Assembly (NCBI GenBank): GCA_963697925.1
Contig: OY969104.1
Coordinates: forward strand, 945,633-1,009,632
Direction: 5' to 3'
Length of the DNA: 64,000 bases
Source of the DNA: an uncultured Gaiellaceae bacterium
GTDB taxonomy: Bacteria > Actinomycetota > Thermoleophilia > Gaiellales > Gaiellaceae
Shown here piece after piece: positions 28,062 to 36,138 of this stretch; positions within the stretch are counted from its first letter, which is position 1; each line of letters begins with the position of its first letter. Under the pieces are notes generated by a model, which was not told where the DNA came from, did not search any database, and saw nothing but the letters and a program-made list of their open reading frames with translations. The position numbers and the translations under genes were made by a program.

Positions 28062-29389
28062 GCACGCTCGTTCCGGGCGGGCTCGGCGACGACAGCGTCG
28101 AGGAGCAGGCGGAGGACGCGGCCGAGGTCTGGCCCCTCGGCGAAGCCGAGAGCCCTCAGGTCGTCGCCGCCGACGGCGAGGTCTGACAGGCGATGCGGGC
28201 TCTCGCGCTCGTGCTCGAGCGCGGCGCGCAGGCGGCCGGCGGCCGCCTGCTCCTCCGGCGAGATCGCCTTCGCCGTCAGGTCTGCCTCCTTGTGGGTGAC
28301 GAGCTCGAACGCGAGCTCGTCGCCGTGCGCCGCAAGGAACCGGCGCGCCGAACAGCCGTCGACCGACCCCGCGAGCGAGAACGAATGGTGGCGCACGATC
28401 TGTTCCACGCGGTGCTGCAGCCGCACCGGGTACCGCAGCCGTGCTGTCACGCGCCGGGCGATCGACGCACTGACCTCCGCGTGATCCGCTGCACGCTCGT
28501 GCTCGAACGGCTTGCCGAGGTCGTGGAGCAGCGCCGCGAGGCGTACCGCGAGCGAGGCTTCCGCGTCCGCGGCGGCCTGTACGACACGGAACACGTGCTC
28601 GTCGAGTGGCACGGGCTGGCGCTCGCTGCCCGGGTCGTAGCCGATCGACGAGGCGAACTCGGGGATCACCTGCACCAGGACGCCCGTGTCGCGCGCGAGC
28701 CTGAGCGCGCGGGCCGGAGCCCGGCCGAGCAGCAGCTTGGAGAGCTCGCCCATGCCGTCGGCCCCGAGGCCGCCGCCGATGCGCTCGGCCGACACGTGGC
28801 CGAGGCCGTCCGCCTGGAGACGCATCTCGATCAGCGTCTCCCCCGTCGGCTCGAGCCCGAGCTGCGAGACGAACCGCAGCGCCCGCACGAGGCGCAACGG
28901 ATCCTCGGAGAAGCTGTCCGCCCCGACCGTGCGGAGGTGACGCCGGGCCAGGTCGGCAAGGCCGCCGAACGGGTCGACGAGGACGCCGTCGGCGAGCCGG
29001 ATCGCCATCGCGTTGACGGTGAAGTCGCGGCGAGCCATGTCCTCCTCGATGCCGATGGACGGGTCGCTGACGATCGCGAAGTCCCGGTGACCGGGCCCGG
29101 TCGACCGCTCCGCTCGCGGCGGCGTCAGCTCGATCCCGGCGGGCGCGAGCAGGCGAATCCGGCGGTCGCGCGGATGCAGGCGCACGCCGACGAGCTGACC
29201 GTGCACCTCCATCTCCTCGACCCGGCCGTGCGGCGCGAGCAGCGCGCGCAGCCGTGCCTGGTCGACGCCGGGCACGAGGAAGTCCTCGTCGGCGTGCGGG
29301 ATGCCGAGCAGCTCGTCGCGGACGGCGCCGCCGACGACGTAGGCGTCGATCTCGAGCGAGCGGACGTAGCGTCGAATCGCGGTGGGCAT
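28025..29389 (-). CDS. cca: CCA-adding tRNA nucleotidyltransferase (PolyA-pol head + HD domain)
   Basis: AYVVGGAVRDELLG...DFLV...RRDFTVNAMA...ED.LR..RA.RF, plus the HD motif LLHDLGKP. Confidence 0.85.
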   Translation of the reverse strand: MPTAIRRYVRSLEIDAYVVGGAVRDELLGIPHADEDFLVPGVDQARLRALLAPHGRVEEMEVHGQLVGVRLHPRDRRIRLLAPAGIELTPPRAERSTGPGHRDFAIVSDPSIGIEEDMARRDFTVNAMAIRLADGVLVDPFGGLADLARRHLRTVGADSFSEDPLRLVRALRFVSQLGLEPTGETLIEMRLQADGLGHVSAERIGGGLGADGMGELSKLLLGRAPARALRLARDTGVLVQVIPEFASSIGYDPGSERQPVPLDEHVFRVVQAAADAEASLAVRLAALLHDLGKPFEHERAADHAEVSASIARRVTARLRYPVRLQHRVEQIVRHHSFSLAGSVDGCSARRFLAAHGDELAFELVTHKEADLTAKAISPEEQAAAGRLRAALEHERESPHRLSDLAVGGDDLRALGFAEGPDLGRVLRLLLDAVVAEPARNERAWLLDLAAKELR

Positions 29390-29437
29390 GAGACGATTCT
29401 GGCGGTCCGGGCCCCGTGCGGGGGCGTCGCTCCGCCG

Positions 29438-29821
29438 CTAGAGGTGTGCGATCGCTTCGATCTCGACGAGGGCGCCCGAGGGCAGCCTGGCCACCTCGAA
29501 GGTCGAGCGGGCAGGCGGCCGCTCCCCCACGTGCCGTGCATAGACCTCGTTCATGGCGGCGAAGTCGCCGAGGTCCTGGAGGAAGACACTCGTCTTGACG
29601 AGCTTGTCGAGCGACGAGCCGGCGGCCTCCAGGATCGCGGCCAGATTGCGGAGCGCCTGCTCCGTCTGCACGCCGATATCCCCCTCCACCGCCGTGTCGC
29701 CGGGCTTCAACCCCATCTGCCCGGCGACGAAGACGAGATCTCCCGCCACGATCGCCTGGTTGTACGGCGCTCCCTGAAAGGGGGCGGGTGCGGTCTCGGT
29801 GCGAACGACGGTCTTCTCCAT
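29438..29821 (-). CDS. ridA: RidA-family reactive-intermediate deaminase
   Basis: APAPFQGAPYNQAIVAGDLVFVAGQMG...QTEQALRNL.AILEAAGSSLDKLVKTSVFL.DL.DFAAMNEVY...PARSTFEVARLP.GALVEIEAIA. AGGAG SD before the internal ATG. Confidence 0.9.
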   Translation of the reverse strand: MEKTVVRTETAPAPFQGAPYNQAIVAGDLVFVAGQMGLKPGDTAVEGDIGVQTEQALRNLAAILEAAGSSLDKLVKTSVFLQDLGDFAAMNEVYARHVGERPPARSTFEVARLPSGALVEIEAIAHL

Positions 29822-29837
29822 GGGGCTCTCCTTCGGG

Positions 29838-30323
29838 TCAGTCGGGTGTGGGATCGACGACTGCGCGGCGCAGGGCAACGCCGAGCGCCTTGAAGATCGC
29901 TTCGAGCACGTGATCGGTGTCCTCGCCCTCGATGAGCCGCACGTGCACGGTCAGCTGCGCCGCCTCCGCGAGGCCCGACAGGAACCGCGCGGCCAGATCG
30001 GTGCCGAGCCCACCGGCCCCCGTGAGGTCGGCATTCGAGGCGACGAGCGAGCTGCCGGACGCTTCCAGCACGACCATCGCGAGTGCCTCGGCGGAGGGCA
30101 TCGTGCCCTCGCCGTGCGCCCCGAGCGGCAGGAGCGGCGCCGCCGCCCGGCCCAGCTCGACTCCGGCCGCATCCACCTCGGCGCCGGGGTCGTCCGGCTC
30201 GACCTCGAGCGCGAGGTCGAAGCCACCCGCCCGTGCCAGCTGCGCGAGCAGATGATCGAGCACCGGCAGGCCCGTCGCGACGTTGCTCGCTCCCGAGCCC
30301 CGGGCGAGACGCGCGCCGCTCAC
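29838..30323 (-). CDS. imidazoleglycerol-phosphate dehydratase (HisB) homolog, N-terminally truncated and missing several metal ligands
   Basis: It aligns with IGPD: LPVLDHLL..L...GGFDL, TVHVRL, and [19 protein letters not shown]. However, the DDHHTxED block reads [12 protein letters not shown] reads PSAE, and about 25 N-terminal residues are absent. GTGA overlap with the murA stop. Confidence 0.75.
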   Translation of the reverse strand: MSGARLARGSGASNVATGLPVLDHLLAQLARAGGFDLALEVEPDDPGAEVDAAGVELGRAAAPLLPLGAHGEGTMPSAEALAMVVLEASGSSLVASNADLTGAGGLGTDLAARFLSGLAEAAQLTVHVRLIEGEDTDHVLEAIFKALGVALRRAVVDPTPD

Positions 30324-31600
30324 AGGTCGCCGCGCTCGATGTCGGCGCCGAGGGCGCGCAACCGCTCGTCGATGCGCTCGTAGCCACGGTCGATCTGCCG
30401 GATGTTCCCGATCGTGGAGGTGCCTTCCGCGCAGAGCGCGGCGATCACCATGGCCATGCCGGCACGGATGTCGGGGCTCTCGAGCCGTTGCCCGTACAGC
30501 CTCGAGGGGCCGCTCACGACCGCCCGGTGCGGGTCGCAGAGGATGATCTTCGCTCCCATGGCCACGAGCTTGTCGGTGAAGAAGAGCCGGCTCTCGAACA
30601 TCTTCTCGAAGATCAGGATCGTCCCCCGCGCCTGCGTGGCGGCGGTCACGGCGATCGACGTCAGGTCGGCCGGGAAGGCAGGCCAGATGCCGGACTCGAT
30701 CTTCGGCATCTGGGCTCCGAGGTCGTCCTCGACGTGCAGGTCCTGGCCTGCCGGCACGCGCACCGTGGCATCGCCCACGTCGAGGTGGATGCCGAGCTTG
30801 CGGAACGCCGGCACGATCGAGATCAGGTCGTCCGGGCTGACGTCCTCGATCACCACCTCGCCGCCCGTCACGGCTGCCAGCGCGGCAAAGCTCGCGACCT
30901 CGATGTGGTCCGTCCCGATGCGGTAGTCGCCGCCCGTGAGCGCGTCGACGCCCTCGATACGCAGGATGTTCGAGCCGATTCCCTCGATGCGGGCACCGCG
31001 GGCCACCAGGAAGCGGCAGAGATCCTGGATGTGCGGCTCACAGGCCGCGTGCCCCACGACCGTCTCGCCGCGTGCCAGCACGGCCGCCATGATCGCGTTC
31101 TCCGTTCCCATCACCGACGCCTCGTCGAGGTACATGCGCTTCCCCACGAGGCCGTTGCTCGTCAGCTCGAAGTCGCCGTTGACGGCCACCTCGGCACCGA
31201 GCTCGGCGAAGGCGTGAAAATGCGTGTCCAGGCGCCGCCGGCCGATCACGTCGCCTCCGGGGGGAGGTACCACGACGCGCCCGAAGCGCGTGAGCAGCGG
31301 GCCGGCCAGGAGGAACGAGGCACGGATCTCGCGACACAGGTCCGGGTCGAGGTCGGTCTTCGAGACGCCCGAGGCGTCGACGCGCACCTCGTTCGGGCCT
31401 GTCCACTCGGTGTCCGCCCCGATGTCCGCCAGCAGCTCGACCATCGTCTCCACGTCACGGATGCGCGGCACGTTCGAGAGGCGTACCTCGCCGGCGGCGA
31501 GCACCGTGGCCGCGAGGATCGGCAGGGCGCCGTTCTTGTTCCCGGCCGCGCGGACGGTGCCGGAGAGCGGGCGACCGCCCTGGATCACGAACGAGAGCAT
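30320..31600 (-). CDS. murA: UDP-N-acetylglucosamine 1-carboxyvinyltransferase (Asp at the catalytic Cys position)
   Basis: [35 protein letters not shown]... is a canonical MurA. The active-site loop [16 protein letters not shown] corresponds to E. coli PGGCTIGARPVDLH. Confidence 0.93.
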   Translation of the reverse strand: MLSFVIQGGRPLSGTVRAAGNKNGALPILAATVLAAGEVRLSNVPRIRDVETMVELLADIGADTEWTGPNEVRVDASGVSKTDLDPDLCREIRASFLLAGPLLTRFGRVVVPPPGGDVIGRRRLDTHFHAFAELGAEVAVNGDFELTSNGLVGKRMYLDEASVMGTENAIMAAVLARGETVVGHAACEPHIQDLCRFLVARGARIEGIGSNILRIEGVDALTGGDYRIGTDHIEVASFAALAAVTGGEVVIEDVSPDDLISIVPAFRKLGIHLDVGDATVRVPAGQDLHVEDDLGAQMPKIESGIWPAFPADLTSIAVTAATQARGTILIFEKMFESRLFFTDKLVAMGAKIILCDPHRAVVSGPSRLYGQRLESPDIRAGMAMVIAALCAEGTSTIGNIRQIDRGYERIDERLRALGADIERGDL

Positions 31601-31626
31601 GAGGCGGCGGGTATCGTACCGTCCCC

Positions 31627-32193
31627 GTGGACGTGACCCGTGACCGAGCCTGGGAGACGCTGACCCGCTACACGAAAAGCGAGTCGCTGCTCCGCCATGC
31701 GCTCGCCGTCGAGGCGTCCACGCGCCACTACGCGCGCCGCTTCGCGGAGGACGAGGAGTTCTGGGGCTGCTGCGCTCTCCTCCACGACTTCGACTACGAG
31801 CTGCACCCCACACTCGACAAGCACCCGCAGGACGGCGCGCCCCTGTTGCGCGAGGAAGGCTACCCCGAGGAGCTGATCGACACGGTGCTCTCGCATGCCG
31901 AGCACCTCGCCATCCCGCGCGACACGCTGCTGAAGAAGACTCTCTTCGCCTGCGACGAGCTCTCCGGCTTCGTCCACGCGTGCGGGCTGGTGCGCCCGAC
32001 CGGTCTCGAGGGCCTCGAGCCGAAATCGGTCAAGAAGAAGCTCAAGCAGCCGTCGTTCGCTGCAGGCGTGCATCGCGACGAGGTCTACGCGGGCGCCGAG
32101 CTGCTCGGTGTCGACCTCGACGAGCACATCGCGAACGTCGTCACCGCGCTGCGGCCGATCGCCGCCGAGCTCGGGCTGCCGCTCCCGGGCTAG
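31627..32193 (+). CDS. HD-domain (HDIG-type) metal-dependent phosphohydrolase
   Basis: [15 protein letters not shown]...[10 protein letters not shown]...HP..G. GTG start. Confidence 0.75.
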   Translation: MDVTRDRAWETLTRYTKSESLLRHALAVEASTRHYARRFAEDEEFWGCCALLHDFDYELHPTLDKHPQDGAPLLREEGYPEELIDTVLSHAEHLAIPRDTLLKKTLFACDELSGFVHACGLVRPTGLEGLEPKSVKKKLKQPSFAAGVHRDEVYAGAELLGVDLDEHIANVVTALRPIAAELGLPLPG

Positions 32194-32618
32194 CGCCAGG
32201 CAGGCGCCGGCGCCTGCTCGGGGTACCCCCGCGGGTACGTGGGTGCGCCCTGCGGTCCCTCCCACGGCCCGGCATCGTCGACGTAGATGTGGGCCGCGAC
32301 CGCGAGGCCTCCGGCGTCGTCCAGCGTGCCGGCGCCGATCGACACCGTGGGGCGTCCCGGCGCGTCCCAGAAGAGGCTGGCGCCGCACACGGTGCATGTC
32401 CCGCGGCTCGCCGACGTCGCGGAGGCGGGAGACGGCATCCACCGCAGTGCCTCCTCCCCGCTCACCTCCAGGTCCTCGCGCCGGGCTGCGGTGGCCGGCC
32501 ACGGCCCTCCGGCCCAGCGGAGACATTCGTTGCAGTGGCAGACGATCACGTCACGGAGGAGACCGGCCACCGAGTAGCGCACCGCGCCGCACAGGCACCG
32601 CCCCGTCCGCGGGCTCAC
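32190..32618 (-). CDS. GFA-family (glutathione-dependent formaldehyde-activating-like) zinc protein
   Basis: GRCLCGAVRY...CHCNEC....G......TC..CG..LFW is the Cys-rich GFA pattern. GTGA overlap with the upstream stop. Confidence 0.8.
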   Translation of the reverse strand: MSPRTGRCLCGAVRYSVAGLLRDVIVCHCNECLRWAGGPWPATAARREDLEVSGEEALRWMPSPASATSASRGTCTVCGASLFWDAPGRPTVSIGAGTLDDAGGLAVAAHIYVDDAGPWEGPQGAPTYPRGYPEQAPAPAWR

Positions 32619-33674
32619 GACAGCGACGAGACGAGCCGGTCGAGGTCGGCGTCGCTCGTCCACCAGCCGCACGAGACGCGCACGAGGCCCGACCCGGGGA
32701 TCTCGCGCACGTGGACCCCCCGCTCTGCCAGCCGGGCGACCTGCGCCGTGGCGTCCCCACCCGACCGGAACGAGACGAGGGTCGAGCGCTGCTCGGGCGC
32801 GACGACGTCCACGTGCGCTGCGAGCAGCGACCGGCAACGGTCGGCCACCGCGGCCGCCCGCTCGAAGGCCCACTCGGGCCGCGCCCTGAGAGCGGCGAGC
32901 AGCCCGCTCAGCGAGGCGGACGACCACCAGTTCGGCTCGAAGCGAGGGGCGCCCGCCTTGGGCTGGAAGCTGCCGTCGGGCTGGTACCGCTCCTGCGAGA
33001 AGTAGCTGGGCGCCGTCACGCGGAGCCGTTCCGGGTCGGCGACCACGAGCGCTCCGGTCGTGTCCGGGCCGCACAGCCACTTCTGCCCGGAGATCGTGAG
33101 GAAGTCGAAGCCGCCGGCCGCCACGGGAATCGCTCCCACGGACTGGGCGCCGTCGACGAGCACCGGCACTCCGGCCTGCTCGCGCATGCTCGCGGACGGG
33201 CAGCACCCGCCCCGTCGTCCAGAGCACCTGGGAGACTGCGATCAGGCGCGTCCGCGGTGACACGGCAGCGAGGATCCGCTCCGGCTCCGGCTCGGCTACC
33301 ACCACCTGCGCGGCGGAAGCGCCGAGGGCGCCCAGCAGGCCGAAGTGCTCGTGGGAAGTCGTGACCACCTCGTCCTCGTTCGTCAGGCCGAGCCCGCCGA
33401 GCACGATGTTGCAGCCGTCGGTGGTCGAGGACGTCAGCGCCACCTGCGACGGCTCCGCGGCGACGAGGGCCGCGATCTCGGCCCGCAGCTCGGAGCGCAG
33501 CTCGAGCGTGCGCAGGAAGTACTGCTCGCCGCTGCGTCCCCGTTCGAGGTCGTGCTCCTGCTCGGTGCGCATGGCTGCCATCGTGGCGAGCGAGAGCGGA
33601 CCGAAGGTGCCGGCATTCAGGTACGCGATCCGCTCCAGTACGGGGAACTGCGCGCGCGCCTCCTCGAAGGTCAC
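32615..33674 (-). pseudogene. class-V aminotransferase / cysteine-desulfurase-like gene split by a +1 frameshift near 33183-33190
   Basis: The N-terminal half (33674 down to about 33190) reads MTFEEARAQFPVLERIAYLNAGTFGP...LIAVSQVLWTTGRVLPVRE. The C-terminal half, in another frame (33187-32615), reads MREQAGVPVLVDGAQSVGAIPV...ISGQKWLCGP (PLP Lys). The junction reads CGCGAGCATGCGCGAGCAG. Confidence 0.7.
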
Positions 33675-34369
33675 CCGACCTCCAGCTCCACCGGTGCGTG
33701 ATCGGAGAGCACGACGCCATTGTGCACGCGCCGCTCCTCGGGCCAGACGACGAGAGCCCCTGCGGGGGCACCACGGACGAGAACGTGGTCGATGCCGGGT
33801 CCCGGTGCCGAGTACCCCGCAAGCTCGGGCGCGAGCAGGTTGAAGTCTCCCGCCAGCACGACCGCCTCGCCGGGCCCGGCGGCCGTCTCCGCGAACGAGC
33901 GGGCTCGCTCGAGCTCGGCCGCCGGAACGCGTGGGTCAGCGAACTCGTTCGAGGCGTGCAGGTTGGCGACGATGCCCAGGCCGGCGACCCGCACGCGCTG
34001 CGCCAGGCGGCGCTCCCGTCCACGTTCACTGATCCGCTCGTGCCCCAGGTCGTCCATGCCGTGCCGGTGCGCGACGAGCACGGCGTTCGCCTGCCCGGCC
34101 ACCGCGGAGCGAAGCGCGCCCTGGTGGAGCCGCGTCACCCAGCCGGCGACGGCACGCGGGCCGAACGGGGCCCTGGTGATCACCGCCGCCACCTGCATGC
34201 CGCTCCAGTTGTCGAGCCGGGGCAGCGCCCAGACGGGGACCTCCTGCAGGCAGAGGACGTCGGGCTCGTCGGCGGTTGCACGCTCGACCATCTCGTGCAG
34301 GTAGCCGCGGCGCCGCGGCGGGTCGGCGTTCCCGTGGAACAGGTTCCAGCTGCGGATGATGATTCCCAC
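33671..34369 (-). CDS. endonuclease/exonuclease/phosphatase (EEP) family protein
   Basis: IIRSWNLFHGN...DVLCLQEV...HLHA...GDFN...IDHVLVRG...LSDHAPV. GTG start proposed. The stop overlaps the aminotransferase ATG (ATGA). Confidence 0.85.
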   Translation of the reverse strand: MGIIIRSWNLFHGNADPPRRRGYLHEMVERATADEPDVLCLQEVPVWALPRLDNWSGMQVAAVITRAPFGPRAVAGWVTRLHQGALRSAVAGQANAVLVAHRHGMDDLGHERISERGRERRLAQRVRVAGLGIVANLHASNEFADPRVPAAELERARSFAETAAGPGEAVVLAGDFNLLAPELAGYSAPGPGIDHVLVRGAPAGALVVWPEERRVHNGVVLSDHAPVELEVG

Positions 34370-34391
34370 GAGCGCCTCTACTCTAGGAGCG

Positions 34392-35444
34392 GTGCGTGTC
34401 CTGCTCGCCGACCCCCCTGCCTTCACGCCGCCCTACGACCATGCGCTGGCGGCGGCCCTCGCCCGTGAAGGGGCGGACGTCAGGCTGCTCACCTCGCACT
34501 TCCGCTTCGGAGCGCGGCCGCCGGTGGACGGCTACGAGCTCGACGAGAGCCTCTATGCGCTGTCGTCCCGCCTGGGCGCGCGGCGGCTCCGGCTCGCCGT
34601 CAAGGCGCTCGAGCACCCGGTCGTAGCGGCCCGGCTCGGTCTCGCGCACGCCGACGTGCTGCACCTGCAGTGGCTCGTCGCTCCCGAGGCGGACGCCTGG
34701 CTCCTTCGCGCACGGGCGCCGCTCGTCCTCACCGCGCACGACCTGCTACCACGCCGCACCGCGCACCGAACGGGCACCTGGCGGCGCCTCTTCGGCCGCT
34801 TCGAGCGCATCGTGGTGCACAGCGAGAGCGGCAAGCGCAAGCTGGCCACCTTCGGCGTCCCTGCCGAGAAGCTGCGCGTGATCCCGCATCCGGTCTTCCG
34901 CTCCGAGCCGACGCGGCGTGACGATGGGCGCACCGTGCTCGCGCTCGGCGTGATCCGACCCTACAAGGGGCTCCCCGATGCGATCGCGGCCGTCCGGAGG
35001 ATCGACGGCGCCCGCCTGCTCGTGGCAGGCGATCCGCGTGTGCCCCTCGCCGAGCTCCAGCGCCAGGCCGGAGACCGCGTCGAGTGGCGACTGGGCTTTC
35101 TCGCAGCCCCGGAGCTCGATCGCGCGCTCTCCGAGGCGACAGTGGCGGTCTTTCCCTACCGCGACGAGATCGACCAGTCGGGCGCGCTCCTGCAGGCGCT
35201 CGGAGCCGGCGTCCCGTCGGTCGTGTACGGCGTCGGCGGCCTCGGCGAGATCGTCGGGGCCTTCGGCGCCGGCCGTGTCGTCCCTGCGGGCGATGTCGCG
35301 GCGCTCGAGGCGGCCCTGCGCGAGCTGCTGGACGACGCCGACGCGCTGGCCGACGCTCGCTCCGGTGCGCTGCGCGCTCGCGACGAGCTCACGTGGGAGC
35401 GCGCCGCAGCCGCCCATCTCGCGGTCTACGAGGAGCTCGTATGA
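34392..35444 (+). CDS. glycosyltransferase family 4 (GT-B, RfaG-like)
   Basis: VRVLLADPPAF...LHLQW...VHSESG...C-terminal FPYRDEIDQSGALLQALGAGVPSVV (EX7E-like region). The start codon is uncertain. Confidence 0.8.
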   Translation: MRVLLADPPAFTPPYDHALAAALAREGADVRLLTSHFRFGARPPVDGYELDESLYALSSRLGARRLRLAVKALEHPVVAARLGLAHADVLHLQWLVAPEADAWLLRARAPLVLTAHDLLPRRTAHRTGTWRRLFGRFERIVVHSESGKRKLATFGVPAEKLRVIPHPVFRSEPTRRDDGRTVLALGVIRPYKGLPDAIAAVRRIDGARLLVAGDPRVPLAELQRQAGDRVEWRLGFLAAPELDRALSEATVAVFPYRDEIDQSGALLQALGAGVPSVVYGVGGLGEIVGAFGAGRVVPAGDVAALEAALRELLDDADALADARSGALRARDELTWERAAAAHLAVYEELV

Positions 35445-35764
35445 GCCCGTTCCGGCGCGGGCGCTTCGACGCGCTCGTCTCCCGCCAGCTCGATCTCTTC
35501 GCGGCCGACGACGCCGAACTGCTGCAGGAGGCGGCCGACGCGGAGGAGGCATGGAACCGGGTCGCCCGCGACGCCGCCGAGGAGGCCTACGGCGACTACC
35601 AGCTCGTCGTCGACGCGATCGCCGACCGCCTGCTCGAGATCAGGGAGAGCTACGCGCACACGCTGGACGACGAAGCGGCCCCGGAGTACGTGACGGCGTT
35701 CAATCGCGTCGCCACGAGGCGGTTTCGCCGCTACGCGACGTTGCTGTCCGATCTCGACGCCTGA
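35441..35764 (+). CDS. hypothetical protein (107 aa, acidic/helical)
   Basis: ATGA overlap with the glycosyltransferase stop. No motif recognised. The 3' end overlaps the convergent TPR gene by 34 nt. Confidence 0.45.
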   Translation: MSPFRRGRFDALVSRQLDLFAADDAELLQEAADAEEAWNRVARDAAEEAYGDYQLVVDAIADRLLEIRESYAHTLDDEAAPEYVTAFNRVATRRFRRYATLLSDLDA

Positions 35765-36117
35765 CCCTCGTCGTCGTCGTCCAGACCCGGCAGCCCGTCG
35801 GGTGTCGGAGGGCGCAGGAACTTCGCGAGCTTGAGGTGGCGGCCGGCCTCTTCGAGGCGTCCCTGCTTCCGGAGCGCCCGACCGAGCGCATAGTGCGCGT
35901 AGTCGTCGACGGGCGAGAGCTCGAGCACCTTGCGGAACTCCGCCTCGGCCTCCGCCCACCGGGTGATCCTGAAGTAGGCGATGCCGAGCGCTTCGCGAAT
36001 CGACGCCTTCTCCGGCTCCAGCCGCTTCGCCTTCTCGAGGGCGACCGTCGCCTGCGCCGCCAGCCCGTTGCGCAGATGGCGCTTCCCCTGCTGGTAGAGG
36101 TCGTAGGCGTCGCTCAT
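35731..36117 (-). CDS. tetratricopeptide-repeat protein
   Basis: A..LEKA..L.P......ALG.AYF....W.EA...F.K.LEL.P.D.YA.YALG.AL..QGR..EA is about 3 TPR units. Confidence 0.75.
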   Translation of the reverse strand: MSDAYDLYQQGKRHLRNGLAAQATVALEKAKRLEPEKASIREALGIAYFRITRWAEAEAEFRKVLELSPVDDYAHYALGRALRKQGRLEEAGRHLKLAKFLRPPTPDGLPGLDDDDEGQASRSDSNVA

Positions 36118-36138
36118 GAGCTCATCGTGCCGAATCCG

